60,726 nucleotides of DNA from the NCBI GenBank assembly GCA_021734595.1, contig JAIPIO010000001.1, positions 1-60,726 on the forward strand, written 5' to 3'. How positions within the stretch are numbered: the first letter of the stretch is position 1; each line of letters begins with the position of its first letter. The notes beneath the pieces are model-generated. The model was not told the origin of the DNA. It worked only from the letters and a program-made list of their open reading frames with translations, and ran no database searches. Position numbers and translations under genes: made by a program. Below are positions 8,879-17,723 of this stretch, in pieces. Source of the stretch: Kiritimatiellales bacterium. GTDB lineage: Bacteria > Verrucomicrobiota > Kiritimatiellia > Kiritimatiellales > Pontiellaceae.

Positions 8879-10906
8879 ATGCCTGATAAAAACCCATTCA
8901 ATAAAGAGAGCAACCAGAATAAGCCGGAGAAAAAGGGACCGCCGCAGATGCCGTTCCGCGGCATGGCGATTTCGTTTCTGATGATTGCAATCTTCATGAC
9001 GGTTCTGCACCTGTTTTCAAATTCGACGCAAAAGCGTGATGAGAAAGACTATACCGAATTCGTTACCATGGTTCAGCAGGGCCGTGTTTCCAAATGCGAC
9101 ATCGCACACGATGGTGCCGGCAACCATTATATTACCGGGGAATCGAAGGACCTCAACGCGGCGGGCACGACGCAGTTCCGGGTGGAGATTATCCTGACGG
9201 ACAAGCTGATGGACCTGCTGGAGGAACACGGCGTACAGGTTAAGGTGAAACGTCCCCGAACCATGCTGCTGCAGGTGCTGGCAAATGTAATTCCGTTCAT
9301 CCTGATTTTCGGCATCATCTATTTCCTGTTTGTCCGGCAGATGAAAAGCGCGGGGCGCGGGGCGATGAGCTTCGGGAAGAGCCGGGCAAAACTGCTTACG
9401 CAGGACAAGAACAAGATCACCTTCAACGATGTGGCCGGCGTGGCGGAGGCCAAGGAGGAGTTGCTGGAAGTGGTCGATTTCCTGAAGGATCCGAAGCAAT
9501 TCCAGAAACTCGGCGGCAAGATGCCCAAAGGGGTTCTGCTGTCCGGTCGGCCCGGCACGGGCAAGACCCTGCTGGCGAAAGCCGTTGCCGGCGAAGCCGA
9601 TGTCCCCTTCTTCACGATCAGCGGCTCGGATTTCGTGGAAATGTTTGTCGGGATCGGCGCGTCGCGCGTGCGGGATATGTTTGAGCAGGGCAAGAAAAAC
9701 GCGCCGTGCATTATCTTTATCGACGAAATCGATGCCGTAGGCCGGAGCCGTTTCAGCGGCATCGGCGGCGGGCACGACGAACGCGAACAGACCCTGAATG
9801 CCCTGCTGGTGGAAATGGACGGTTTCGACACGCAGGAAGGAATCATTATCGTGGCCGCCACCAACCGCCCCGATGTGCTGGATCCCGCTCTGCTTCGCCC
9901 GGGCCGTTTCGACCGACAGGTGGTGGTGGATCTTCCGACGCTGGAAGGACGCGAGGCCATTCTTAAAATCCATGTCCGCAATGTCCGTCTGTCAGAAGAG
10001 GTGGATCTGAAAAAAGGCGCCCGCGGAACGCCGGGCTTTTCCGGGGCAGACCTGGCCAATCTGGTGAACGAGGCCGCCCTGATGGCCTCGCGCCGCGGCG
10101 CCGATTTCGTGGAACAGACGGATATGGAGGAGGCGCGCGACAAGGTGATGTGGGGACGTGAACGCCGTAGCCATGTGCTGGATGCAGAGGAGAAAAAACT
10201 GACGGCCTATCATGAGGCCGGCCACGCCGTCGCCATGTATTGTACACCGGACTGCGAACCGATCCACAAGGTCACGATCATTCCACGGGGGCAAGCGCTC
10301 GGGGCAACGATGCAGCTACCGGAAAAGGACCGCTATACACAATCACAGAAACGGATTGAAGCCGACCTGATTTCGTTTATGGGCGGTCGCGCGGCGGAAG
10401 AGCTTATTTTCGGCGAGGTGACCACCGGCGCCCACAACGATATTGAGCGCTCCACCTTGATTGCCCGGGCCATGGTCTGTGAATACGGTATGAGCAAACT
10501 TCTGGGACCCCAGAACCTGGGAAGCCACAACAAACCGGTATTCCTGGGACAGGGCATCAGCGGCGCGCATGAACACAGCGAGGAAACTGCGCAAAAGATC
10601 GATCAGGAAGTGCAACGTATCCTTACAGAAGCCTATGATGCATGCATGAAAATCCTCGTCGACAACAAGGACAAGCTCATCACCCTCTCCGAGCTGCTGA
10701 TCGAGTGCGAAATGCTGACCTTTGACGACGTCGACGCCATCATGAAGACCGGGAAGCTACCGGAGCCCGTTGACTCCGAGAAAATTCCGCCCGTCGCGCC
10801 GGAGTCGCAGGAACCGAAAGCGGTTGTCTCTGATCAAGCAGATGCGGATGGCCGCACGGACGAGGATGCGCCCCCCGCCGCCGAGGTAGAGCCCGGGAGT
10901 ATTTAA
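8879..10906 (+). CDS. ftsH: ATP-dependent zinc metalloprotease FtsH
   Basis: Walker [12 protein letters not shown] region, zinc motif HEAGHAV. Start is ATG 8879 (alternative GTG 8870), preceded by AAGGAAAG. Confidence 0.97.
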   Translation: MPDKNPFNKESNQNKPEKKGPPQMPFRGMAISFLMIAIFMTVLHLFSNSTQKRDEKDYTEFVTMVQQGRVSKCDIAHDGAGNHYITGESKDLNAAGTTQFRVEIILTDKLMDLLEEHGVQVKVKRPRTMLLQVLANVIPFILIFGIIYFLFVRQMKSAGRGAMSFGKSRAKLLTQDKNKITFNDVAGVAEAKEELLEVVDFLKDPKQFQKLGGKMPKGVLLSGRPGTGKTLLAKAVAGEADVPFFTISGSDFVEMFVGIGASRVRDMFEQGKKNAPCIIFIDEIDAVGRSRFSGIGGGHDEREQTLNALLVEMDGFDTQEGIIIVAATNRPDVLDPALLRPGRFDRQVVVDLPTLEGREAILKIHVRNVRLSEEVDLKKGARGTPGFSGADLANLVNEAALMASRRGADFVEQTDMEEARDKVMWGRERRSHVLDAEEKKLTAYHEAGHAVAMYCTPDCEPIHKVTIIPRGQALGATMQLPEKDRYTQSQKRIEADLISFMGGRAAEELIFGEVTTGAHNDIERSTLIARAMVCEYGMSKLLGPQNLGSHNKPVFLGQGISGAHEHSEETAQKIDQEVQRILTEAYDACMKILVDNKDKLITLSELLIECEMLTFDDVDAIMKTGKLPEPVDSEKIPPVAPESQEPKAVVSDQADADGRTDEDAPPAAEVEPGSI

Positions 10907-10944
10907 TAATTTACTTCTGTTTTTTTCGGCGTTACTGTCTGCTC

Positions 10945-11292
10945 ATGAAAATGATGAAATACATATCAATAGTGGTTGCCTTGATTCTCATCGCCGGATG
11001 CGCAACATCTTTCCGTCCCTGGAATTTAAGCAAGATTGAGCCGGGAATGGATAAAGGGCAGGTGGTTGATATTCTAGGAAATCCATCGTCCGCAAAGCAG
11101 GACGGTACTGTTGAATATCTGCATTACACCTATTCCGACGAACCGATCATCACCCCCATCGACGGATCCACCCAGAACTTCGACCAGCAATACCCGTTCT
11201 TTGAGGAACGGGCGGAAAAACAGATGAAGTCATACCATTATGTGGTTAAGCTTCAGGACGGGAAAGTGGTCTCCTACGAAGAAATGAACTGA
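10945..11292 (+). CDS. Small lipoprotein, BamE/SmpA-OmlA-like
   Basis: Signal plus lipobox MKMMKYISIVVALILIAGC. IEPGMDKGQVVDILGNPS resembles the BamE core. Confidence 0.55.
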   Translation: MKMMKYISIVVALILIAGCATSFRPWNLSKIEPGMDKGQVVDILGNPSSAKQDGTVEYLHYTYSDEPIITPIDGSTQNFDQQYPFFEERAEKQMKSYHYVVKLQDGKVVSYEEMN

Positions 11293-11302
11293 CCGTCGCC
11301 GG

Positions 11303-12268
11303 TTACCTGTTGTTGTTTATCTTCGGCATCACTCCATCGATGAACGAGTTGTCCTTCATCGGATCCTCAGCGGAGGATTTTTTCCACTGCTCGTACGGAC
11401 TCACCCGCTTATACTCTTCTTGCTTGCGGCGGTCCTCTCCCGGACTCGGCAAAGGTTGATACGGCTGACGCACGGTATCTTTTTGATAAATCCGGTACTT
11501 GGGTTCACGGCGCACAGCGTTGCCGGACCCCAACGGCAGGGGATCTGTTGCGGCAATGCCGGCCGCTGACGATTTATAGCTGCTCCCCGATCTGTAGGAA
11601 CTGCCGTAGGCCGGCTGCTCCTGCAACTCCTTGCCATTATAGTAAACCGGTCGACCGTCATCCTTGCGACTGGTTCGCCCGGAACTGAATGAAAACGCCG
11701 ATTCGGGCCGTGTGTACCCTTTTTTTTGTCCCTGTTGCTGAGTGCCGTAATCAAGGGCCCGCGGATCCTTGATCACCTCAAGCCGCTCCGTTTCACGCTC
11801 ACTGGCAGAACGGGAAAAGTCATAGCCCGTCTTCGGCTGCCCGAAATCTTCATACTGTTTGCCCTGCTGTTGCTGTAGCTCATTGGCAAACCAGTCGTAC
11901 GGATTTTGATCCGCCCGCGCGCCCTCTTCAACCTCCGGCTCCGGTTCCAGCAACCAGCTCATATCTTCTTTCTTAGCCGGCGGGCGCCGCACCAGCTGCG
12001 GCGGCGGAAGGGTTGCAGATTGCACTTTCGTAATCTCTTTCAGCTTCATCGCAGATTTGGCATTCAGCGCTTCATCGATTTCGGCGCTTTCCATCGGCAC
12101 CTCCGCCACGCTGCCGGCAATGGCTCCGTGCTCGCGCAGATACCGGCGGGCAATCCGTTTCTTGCGCTCTTCCGGCGTCTCCTCCCGCGCGGACGCCCAG
12201 CAGGCCATACTGGCCAGCACCAGCATCAAACGCACAAATTTGAAGACGTTGTACAAATTCCTGTTCAT
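11303..12268 (-). CDS. Hypothetical secreted low-complexity protein (Q/K/E/S/Y-rich)
   Basis: 321-aa ORF with N-terminal signal (LMLVLASMACWASA). No catalytic motif. Confidence 0.6.
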   Translation of the reverse strand: MNRNLYNVFKFVRLMLVLASMACWASAREETPEERKKRIARRYLREHGAIAGSVAEVPMESAEIDEALNAKSAMKLKEITKVQSATLPPPQLVRRPPAKKEDMSWLLEPEPEVEEGARADQNPYDWFANELQQQQGKQYEDFGQPKTGYDFSRSASERETERLEVIKDPRALDYGTQQQGQKKGYTRPESAFSFSSGRTSRKDDGRPVYYNGKELQEQPAYGSSYRSGSSYKSSAAGIAATDPLPLGSGNAVRREPKYRIYQKDTVRQPYQPLPSPGEDRRKQEEYKRVSPYEQWKKSSAEDPMKDNSFIDGVMPKINNNR

Positions 12269-12372
12269 CGCGGATAAACTACTTTCCCGTGAATAGACGC
12301 GTCAACGCCCGACTTTGTTTAAAAACCGGTCGCACTTTCGGCAAGGCATTTTATTTTCGCTATTAAGCGGGC

Positions 12373-12418
12373 TTCCAACCGTTGGAACTTTTCTGCATAA
12401 TTCTTCCAGCCTTTGGAA
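12373..12418. repeat. Two phased TTCCA-N5-TGGAA palindromes in a divergent intergenic region
   Basis: TTCCAaccgtTGGAA at 12373 and TTCCAgccttTGGAA at 12404 (31 bp apart). The second ends 14 nt before ATG 12433. Confidence 0.85.
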
Positions 12419-12432
12419 AGAGGGTGCATGCG

Positions 12433-13350
12433 ATGAATGAAACCATTATACAGGCCGAAGCGTTGACCAAAACATTCCGCGATTTCTGGATGCGGCCGAA
12501 AATCACGGCCGTCGACAACATCCGCTTTGAAATACAGCGGGGGGAGATATTCGGACTGCTGGGACCCAACGGCTCCGGCAAAAGCACCACCCTGAAAATG
12601 ATTCTGGGACTGCTCCACCCCTCCGCCGGGCGGATTACGGTCTTCGGCCAGGCTCCGCAGGACGTAAAGACCAAACAGCGGATCGGCTACCTGCCCGAAG
12701 AATCCTGCCTGTACGACTATCTGACACCGGAAGAGACGCTGCACTTCTACGGACGGCTTTTCGATCTGGATGCCGCCTCCCGCACGGAACGGGTCGACCA
12801 GCTGCTGGATATGATCGGGCTTGGGCACGCGCGGCGGCGGCCGGTCGGCGAATTTTCAAAAGGCATGGCGCGGCGGGTCGGTCTGGCGCAGGCGCTGATC
12901 AACGATCCCGACCTGATCATACTGGACGAACCCACCGCCGGGCTCGACCCGGTCGGCTGCCGTCAGATAAAAGATCTGATCCTGAACCTCGCGCAACGCG
13001 GAAAAACCGTGCTGCTCTCCTCGCATCTGCTGGCCGATGTGGAAGATGTCTGCGACCGGGTGGCCATTTTGTACAGCGGGAGCATTCGTGCCATGGGCTC
13101 CATCCATGAACTGCTCGAAGAGCAAACCCGCTATCAGTTTGATCTCCCCGAGCTGCCGCCCGAACGAATCCAGGCCGTTCTCAGCAGCCTGAAAGAACTC
13201 GTGGGCGAGGATCTGGACATCCGGCACCCGCGAATTAATCTTGAACGCTTTTTCATCCGCATCGTGGAGGAAGCGCAGCAAGACTCCGCCACCCGGTCCG
13301 GTGCGGTTCCCGTCACCAAAGTGGCCGATTACCTGACGCAATCGGATTAA
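12433..13350 (+). CDS. ABC transporter ATP-binding protein (ABC-2/NosF-like)
   Basis: Walker A GPNGSGKST, signature-like FSKGMARRV, Walker B LIILDEPTAGLD. Start is ATG 12433 (alternative GTG 12424). Confidence 0.93.
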   Translation: MNETIIQAEALTKTFRDFWMRPKITAVDNIRFEIQRGEIFGLLGPNGSGKSTTLKMILGLLHPSAGRITVFGQAPQDVKTKQRIGYLPEESCLYDYLTPEETLHFYGRLFDLDAASRTERVDQLLDMIGLGHARRRPVGEFSKGMARRVGLAQALINDPDLIILDEPTAGLDPVGCRQIKDLILNLAQRGKTVLLSSHLLADVEDVCDRVAILYSGSIRAMGSIHELLEEQTRYQFDLPELPPERIQAVLSSLKELVGEDLDIRHPRINLERFFIRIVEEAQQDSATRSGAVPVTKVADYLTQSD

Positions 13351-13352
13351 CC

Positions 13353-14558
13353 ATGGACAGAATTATTGCCATAGCCGGGCTCGCCGTTCGCAGCGCCATC
13401 CGCTCGCGTGTGGTGGCCGTGCTGGCCGGTTCCGTGCTGGTGCTGGTTGTCCTGCTGCCGCTGACACTGAAAGGCGACGGTACTGTTGAAGGTTATATCC
13501 ATATTCTGCTTTCCTATACCCTCGGTGCCCTCTCCTTTCTGCTCTCGCTGGCCACCCTTTGGGCAGGCTGCGCCGCCGTTTCTACGGACGTGCGTGGCCG
13601 GCAGATCCACCTGATTGCCGTAAAACCGGTCCGGCCCGTCGAAATCTGGCTCGGGAAATGGCTTGGATTGCTGGCGCTCAACGCCGTACTGCTGGCCGCC
13701 GCCGGCACACTGATCTACGGCATGCTGCGCTGGAACACCCGGCCCGCCGCTTTGGATCCGGCCGACCGCGCAACCATTCAATCCCAACTGCTGACCGCCC
13801 GGAAAGCGGTTCCCGCAATCACCGACGGCAAGGTTTTCGGCATCACCTCCGGGGCTTCCAGGCATTGGAAATTTCAGGCTCCGGTTTTCCAAACATTGGA
13901 AACGGGCACCCCGCTGTTTCTCCGCTACCGGATTTCGGCCACCGACATCACCGCGCTGCGCGTGAAGGGACGCTGGAGAACCGCCGGTTTCGAGGCGGAA
14001 ACTGTTTTTATGCCCAACACATTCCAGACCTTGGAACTCCCGTTTCCAGGCATTGGAAAAGACGGAGCACTCGATCTTGAATTCATCAACAGCCACGACC
14101 GGCCACTGACATTGGTTTTCGACCCGCAGCACCCGCCCGCAATCCTCTACCGCTCCGGCAGTTTCGAGATGAACTATGCCCGCTGTCTGCTGATCATTTT
14201 CTGCCAGCTTGCGCTGCTCGCCGCCGTCGGGGTAAGCGCCGGAAGCGTTTTTACCATGCCAGTGGCCGCCTTTGTTTCGGTCTGGGTGCTCATTATGATC
14301 GCATCCAGCGGATTTATTGAACACATGACCGCCAGCGAAAACGCATTGGCCCGGCTCTGGTTTCATTTCCTGAACCTGGTTCTGCTTCCTTTCCGAAACG
14401 AAAATCCACTGGAACCGCTGGCAACCGGCCGTGCGGTTTCATGGGCGGCCGTGGGCCTGGCCGTGCTGCTCAAGGCGGTCCTGTTTTCGGGGTTGCTGGC
14501 ATGGGGAAGTGTCGCCCTCTTTAAACGCGGCGAGATCGCGGGAGGCGGGCGATCATGA
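13353..14558 (+). CDS. ABC-2 type (NosY-like) permease with a large extracytoplasmic insert
   Basis: Starts 2 nt after the ATPase stop. Multiple hydrophobic helices at both ends, with a soluble insert of about 150 aa between them. Confidence 0.7.
   Translation: MDRIIAIAGLAVRSAIRSRVVAVLAGSVLVLVVLLPLTLKGDGTVEGYIHILLSYTLGALSFLLSLATLWAGCAAVSTDVRGRQIHLIAVKPVRPVEIWLGKWLGLLALNAVLLAAAGTLIYGMLRWNTRPAALDPADRATIQSQLLTARKAVPAITDGKVFGITSGASRHWKFQAPVFQTLETGTPLFLRYRISATDITALRVKGRWRTAGFEAETVFMPNTFQTLELPFPGIGKDGALDLEFINSHDRPLTLVFDPQHPPAILYRSGSFEMNYARCLLIIFCQLALLAAVGVSAGSVFTMPVAAFVSVWVLIMIASSGFIEHMTASENALARLWFHFLNLVLLPFRNENPLEPLATGRAVSWAAVGLAVLLKAVLFSGLLAWGSVALFKRGEIAGGGRS
13856..14058. repeat. Four perfect TTCCA-N5-TGGAA palindromes inside the permease CDS (two phased pairs)
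   Basis: Starts at 13856 and 13887 (31 bp apart) and at 14022 and 14044 (22 bp apart). Translated as ..HWKFQ.., ..FQTLET.., ..FQTLEL.., ..FPGIGK.. Confidence 0.85.
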
Positions 14559-15487
14559 AAAAAAAGGCCGCCATCTGGTTGCTGCTGGCCGCCGTTGCGC
14601 TGATGGGCGCCGGACAGGTGCAGACCGGCCTGCTCCGAATGCGCACGGCCCATCAACCCGCCGTATTGGAACCGGCAGATGATATGCCGCCGGTAATTGC
14701 TTTCACGACCGTCGCGCTCGGCGGCTTTCGCGGTTTTTTTGCGGATATGCTCTGGATGCGCGCGGCACGCCTGCAAAGGGAGGGTCGCTACTTCGAGATT
14801 GTCCAGCTCGCGGACTGGATTACCAAGCTCGAGCCGCGCTTCCCCGCCGTGTGGACCTATCACGCCTGGAACATGGCCTACAACATCAGCATACTTTTCG
14901 ATGCGCCGAAGGAGCGCTGGCGATGGGTTGAAAACGGCATCCAGCTGCTGCGCAACGACGCGCTGCGCTACAACCCGTCGTCCGCGCAGCTTTACCGGGA
15001 GCTTGGCTGGCTGTTTCAGCACAAGATCGGCAGCGACGACGACAGCGCCCATCTCTACTACAAGCAGCGGTGGGCTGAAAAAATGGAAAGCGCGCTTAGC
15101 CGTCCAAACGAACTCGAGGCGCTCAAGCTTGATCCCGAAACGATGCAGATGCTGGACAAAACGTATGGTGCATTCGACTGGCGCCTACCACAGGCGCACG
15201 CCGTATACTGGGCATGGCACAGCCGCAGCTGCGCGCGTTCCGGTTTTGACAAGGCCGCCGCCAGCCGCATGATTAACCAAAGCATCCTGGATGCCTGCCG
15301 CGCAGGGCGGCTGGTTAGGGACGATTCAACCGGATCGTTCACGTTGCGACCCAATCTTAATCTGCTGCCCTACGCGGAGAAGCTCTTTGAGCAGGCCGCG
15401 AATGAAGGACCGGATGGGGAGACATACCGGGAGGCCAAACAGCAGTTTATACGTTCTTTACTTGCGGACGAGAAGCAGAAGGAGTAG
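14555..15487 (+). CDS. Hypothetical membrane-anchored/exported protein, translationally coupled to the permease
   Basis: ATGA overlap at 14555-14558. N-terminus MKKKAAIWLLLAAVALMGAG. Helical repeat-like body; no family recognised. Confidence 0.65.
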   Translation: MKKKAAIWLLLAAVALMGAGQVQTGLLRMRTAHQPAVLEPADDMPPVIAFTTVALGGFRGFFADMLWMRAARLQREGRYFEIVQLADWITKLEPRFPAVWTYHAWNMAYNISILFDAPKERWRWVENGIQLLRNDALRYNPSSAQLYRELGWLFQHKIGSDDDSAHLYYKQRWAEKMESALSRPNELEALKLDPETMQMLDKTYGAFDWRLPQAHAVYWAWHSRSCARSGFDKAAASRMINQSILDACRAGRLVRDDSTGSFTLRPNLNLLPYAEKLFEQAANEGPDGETYREAKQQFIRSLLADEKQKE

Positions 15488-15524
15488 ACGGTACGTTTCA
15501 CAATTTAAATGAGGAGAGCCAATT

Positions 15525-16337
15525 ATGAACCTGATCAGCGTACTGCGCAACGAATGTGTCAAGGCCGGGGCCGACTGCTCATCAAAGGATGATGTGCTGG
15601 CGGAAATTGCGAAACTGGCCAAGCACTCCCCCATCCTCGACAACACGGACGAATCGGTCATCCTTCAGGGGCTGAAGGACCGGGAAGAACTCAGCACCAC
15701 CGGGTTCGGCAACGGGATCGCCATTCCCCACTGCCGGCTCGACGGCGTTACTGATTTTGTGGTCGGTATTCTGGCGGTTCCCGCCGGAGCGGAGTTTTCC
15801 GCAATGGATGAACAGCCGGTCAGGCTCTTTGTGTTCATCATTGCTCCGGCCACGGGATCCAATGAACACATCAAGATTCTCTCGGCCATCTCACAGGCGC
15901 TCAACGTGCCGGGAAATGTTGATGAGATGGTGAAGGCTCCCAATGCGGAGGTGCTGCGGGAAAGCTTCCTGCGCCACATTCGCGACGAAGCGGAGGCTAC
16001 ATCGCACGATAATAAAAACCTGTTCCGCGTCCAGATTCAGGATGAGGACCTTTTTCACGACGTCCTTAAAATTTTCGCAAGTTTCATCTCTACCACCGTC
16101 ATGGTTTCCGAAGCCGAGCCGTCCGCGAACTACCTCCAGAAAATGCCATTGTTTGCCGGCTTCTGGAGCGACAAGCGCACCGAGTTCTGCAAGGTGATCC
16201 TCGCCACCGTGGATAAACAGGACACCAACGAAACCATCCGGCGCATCGAAGCAAGCACCGGTTCGCTGGATGAACGCGACGATATTCTGCTGACGGTGCA
16301 GGAACTGTTCTACTGCGCCGGCGGTCTCAACATTTAA
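15525..16337 (+). CDS. PTS EIIA-type-2 (PtsN/EIIA-Ntr-like) domain protein with an unknown C-terminal domain of about 120 aa
   Basis: GFGNGIAIPHCRL active-site His context. SD GAGGAG lies upstream of ATG 15525. Confidence 0.8.
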   Translation: MNLISVLRNECVKAGADCSSKDDVLAEIAKLAKHSPILDNTDESVILQGLKDREELSTTGFGNGIAIPHCRLDGVTDFVVGILAVPAGAEFSAMDEQPVRLFVFIIAPATGSNEHIKILSAISQALNVPGNVDEMVKAPNAEVLRESFLRHIRDEAEATSHDNKNLFRVQIQDEDLFHDVLKIFASFISTTVMVSEAEPSANYLQKMPLFAGFWSDKRTEFCKVILATVDKQDTNETIRRIEASTGSLDERDDILLTVQELFYCAGGLNI

Positions 16338-16339
16338 CT

Positions 16340-16354
16340 TTCCAACCCTTGGAA
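16340..16354. repeat. Single TTCCA-N5-TGGAA palindrome between the EIIA-like gene and the antiporter gene
   Basis: TTCCAacccTTGGAA, 14 nt before ATG 16369. Confidence 0.8.
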
Positions 16355-16368
16355 GAGAATTAACGATT

Positions 16369-17664
16369 ATGTCTGCTCCTGGAATTGAACACGCCGTGGA
16401 AGCGTCCGCCGGACTGCCACAACTCTTCACCCTCGTCGGCGCCATGATGCTCATCTGCTTCTATGCCGGCAAACTGGTCAAAAAGACCTCCCTGCCGTCG
16501 CTCATAGGCTATATGCTTGTTGGCGCGCTTTTCGGCTCTTCGTTCAAGCATTTTGGCATGGAGCTGTTTACCGAGCCCGTCCGCCACAGCCTGTCGTTCG
16601 TTACCCAGGTGGCACTCGGATTCGTGGCCTTCAGCATCGGCTCCGAGCTTAGCATGAAGTCGCTCAAGCGCCTCGGTTCCGGCATTGTCTGGATTATCTT
16701 TGCCGAATCGTTTGCCGCCTTCCTGGTGGTAGCCACGCTCATCTACGCCATCACGCGCGACCTGCCATTGGCGCTTATATTCGGTTCCATGGCTCCTGCC
16801 AGCGCACCGGCCGGCACCGTTGCCGTCATTCAGGAATACAAAGCCAAGGGCAGCCTCACGCAGGCGCTCTACGCCGTGGTCGGCTTCGACGACGGACTCG
16901 CCATCTTTATCTTCGGCTTCGCCGCCGCCATCGCCAAAAGCCTGCTCCTGGCGGAATCCCCCGGCCATGTTTCGGAAGGTTTCTTCCAAATGCTCAAGGC
17001 GCCCACGCTCGAAATCATTTTCAGTATTGTGGTCGGAACCGTCCTCGGCTTTGTGCTCTGCCAGCTTGTAAGAAGCATCAAGAACTCGCGCGATATGCTG
17101 ATCATCGTATTTGGCGTCGTAACACTGGCCAGCGGACTTTCCATGATGTGGCACCTGTCCCTCATTCTTACCAACATGGTTGTCGGCTTCATGTTGGTGA
17201 ACACCCGCCGCGAGGCACTCGTCCACCGCGTCACGGCACCACTGCTGGAAATCATGCCGCTCACCTTTGTGCTCTTCTTCTGCCTGGCGGGTGCGCACCT
17301 GCAGCTCGCATCCCTGCCCGCCCTCGGGCTCATCGGCTTGGTCTACATCCTTGGACGCTCGGCTGGCTTGATTGGCGGCGCGCGTCTTGGTGCCACCTTC
17401 GGACACGTCGAAGAGAAGATTAAGAAATATGTCGGTCTTGGCATTCTTTCCCAGGCCGGGGTGGCCATCGGCCTCGCGCTGATCGTCAACGCCGAGTTTT
17501 CGGGGCTTGGTGCCGTTACCGAAGGCGTGACGCATGGCGCGGCCATCGGCACCAAGGTGATCACCACCATCACCGCCACCTGCATCGTCTTTGAAATCAT
17601 CGGCCCCATCCTAACCAAATACGCCCTTGGCAAGGCCGGCGAACTCAATCAGGCGACCCGATAA
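16369..17664 (+). CDS. Cation:proton antiporter (CPA family, Na+/H+ or K+/H+ exchanger membrane domain)
   Basis: 431 aa, about 12 hydrophobic helices, Gly-rich Na_H_Exchanger-like segments. No KTN/RCK domain. Confidence 0.85.
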   Translation: MSAPGIEHAVEASAGLPQLFTLVGAMMLICFYAGKLVKKTSLPSLIGYMLVGALFGSSFKHFGMELFTEPVRHSLSFVTQVALGFVAFSIGSELSMKSLKRLGSGIVWIIFAESFAAFLVVATLIYAITRDLPLALIFGSMAPASAPAGTVAVIQEYKAKGSLTQALYAVVGFDDGLAIFIFGFAAAIAKSLLLAESPGHVSEGFFQMLKAPTLEIIFSIVVGTVLGFVLCQLVRSIKNSRDMLIIVFGVVTLASGLSMMWHLSLILTNMVVGFMLVNTRREALVHRVTAPLLEIMPLTFVLFFCLAGAHLQLASLPALGLIGLVYILGRSAGLIGGARLGATFGHVEEKIKKYVGLGILSQAGVAIGLALIVNAEFSGLGAVTEGVTHGAAIGTKVITTITATCIVFEIIGPILTKYALGKAGELNQATR

Positions 17665-17696
17665 AAAAAACCGGCGACACGCTGCGCGCCGCCGGC
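17663..17696 (-). terminator. Rho-independent terminator candidate for the fadL-like gene
   Basis: On the minus strand, GC stem CCGGCG/CGCCGG (17671-76 / 17690-95) is followed by U8 (A-run 17663-17670 on plus). Lies 28 nt after the stop at 17724. Confidence 0.6.
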
Positions 17697-17723
17697 TCCT
17701 GAACCTCGGTGATTTCTTTCAAC

